Below are positions 33,765 to 34,495 of a stretch of DNA of 34,495 nucleotides, piece after piece. Under the pieces are notes generated by a model. The model did no database searches. It was not told the DNA's origin and worked only from the letters and a program-made list of their open reading frames with translations. The position numbers were made by a program, and so were the translations under genes. The stretch lies in IMG/VR virus record IMGVR_UViG_3300047561_001131, positions 1 through 34,495 of that record. One strand, given 5' to 3'. The stretch's first letter is position 1, and the number at the start of each line of letters is the position of its first letter. The DNA is from a virus (Duplodnaviria > Caudoviricetes).

Positions 33765-34495
33765 GTTACAAGCTAACGAGCAGATCGTATGGTGCCCTCA
33801 ACCTGGAAGCCAGGAGGCATTAGTAAACTGCCCTATTACGCTTATCGGTTTTGGTGGAGCGCGAGGCGGCGGTAAAACCGACGGAGTTTTAGGTAAATTT
33901 GCTGTAGATCAAGATAGGTTTGGCAGTGACTTCAATGCGATATTTTTTCGAAAAGAACTCCCTCAAGCGGATGACCTTATCGAGCGAGCTAAGCAAATCT
34001 ACCTACCGCTCCAAGCACACTGGCAAGATCAGAAAAAGCAGTTTACTTTCATTAACGGCGGTCGGTTGCGGTTTCGTCCGTTGGCTAACGATCAAGATGC
34101 TGAAAAGTTTCAAGGACAAAACCTAAGCCATGCAGCCATAGAAGAGGCAGGTAACTACTCTGACCCATCCTGTATATGGAAGCTGTTTGGAGCCTTGCGA
34201 GGTAAGGGCGGTGGCCAGGTTATACTTACCTTTAACCCAGGCGGTGTAGGTCACGGTTGGCTTAAAGAGCTGTTTATTAAGCCAGCGCCAAAAGGGATGA
34301 AAATCCTACAAAAACAGTTACCCAACGGAAGTAGCTTTGACTACATTTATATTCCAAGTAGGGTACACGATAACCAGATTCTGCTCGCTCGTGATCCTGA
34401 GTATATCAACCGATTGCACATGGTAGGCTCGCCAGAGCTTGTTCGTGCATGGCTTGAAGGAGACTTCGAAATCCATGAAGGCAGCTATTTTCCTG
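33754..34495 (+). CDS. terL: Terminase large subunit, N-terminal part (runs off the end; continues at the window start)
   Basis: My translation: MDAELQ...WCPQPGSQ...FGGARGGGKT (Walker A); in frame with the ORF at 6. Confidence 0.95.
   Translation, partial: MDAELQANEQIVWCPQPGSQEALVNCPITLIGFGGARGGGKTDGVLGKFAVDQDRFGSDFNAIFFRKELPQADDLIERAKQIYLPLQAHWQDQKKQFTFINGGRLRFRPLANDQDAEKFQGQNLSHAAIEEAGNYSDPSCIWKLFGALRGKGGGQVILTFNPGGVGHGWLKELFIKPAPKGMKILQKQLPNGSSFDYIYIPSRVHDNQILLARDPEYINRLHMVGSPELVRAWLEGDFEIHEGSYFP
34076..34495. repeat. Terminal direct repeat, right copy
   Basis: 413 of 420 bases identical to 1-420. Confidence 0.97.

Noticed and set aside
34076-34495. Physical direct terminal repeat of the virion DNA
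   Set aside because: It lies mid-terL and the copies differ by silent SNPs, which fits an assembly overlap better.
1-34495. CRISPR array, tRNA genes or stop-codon reassignment
   Set aside because: No repeat-spacer pattern or cloverleaf noticed by eye; genes tile densely under the standard code.

Overview
The window is an apparently complete, circularly permuted tailed dsDNA phage genome of about 34,075 bp. Bases 1-420 recur at 34076-34495 with 7 synonymous SNPs, and the contig is cut inside terL. The architecture is podovirus-like: no tape measure, tube or sheath is recognisable. The + strand arm (about 32161 through the join to 24206) carries terS, small Zn-ribbon and DUF551 genes, terL, portal, a fibre module, scaffold, major capsid, adaptor, a P22 gp10-like tail protein, several candidate ejection proteins, an HNH endonuclease, a tail fibre with an S74 chaperone and a lysis cassette. 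The largest ejection protein carries a probable ADP-ribosyltransferase-like domain plus a lytic transglycosylase. The - strand arm (24203-31150) carries early/middle genes: envelope-targeted small proteins, a second lytic transglycosylase, RHH regulators, RecT, an SSB-like protein and a Holliday junction resolvase. I recognise no polymerase, primase, helicase, initiator or integrase. The most intriguing signal is a candidate ~70-nt small RNA at about 27134-27205, with its own sigma70 promoter and terminator. Its two single-stranded segments match the two classes of ribosome-binding site used by the leftward genes, suggesting a dual-seed anti-RBS shut-off system. All family assignments are from motif recognition by eye, not database searches.
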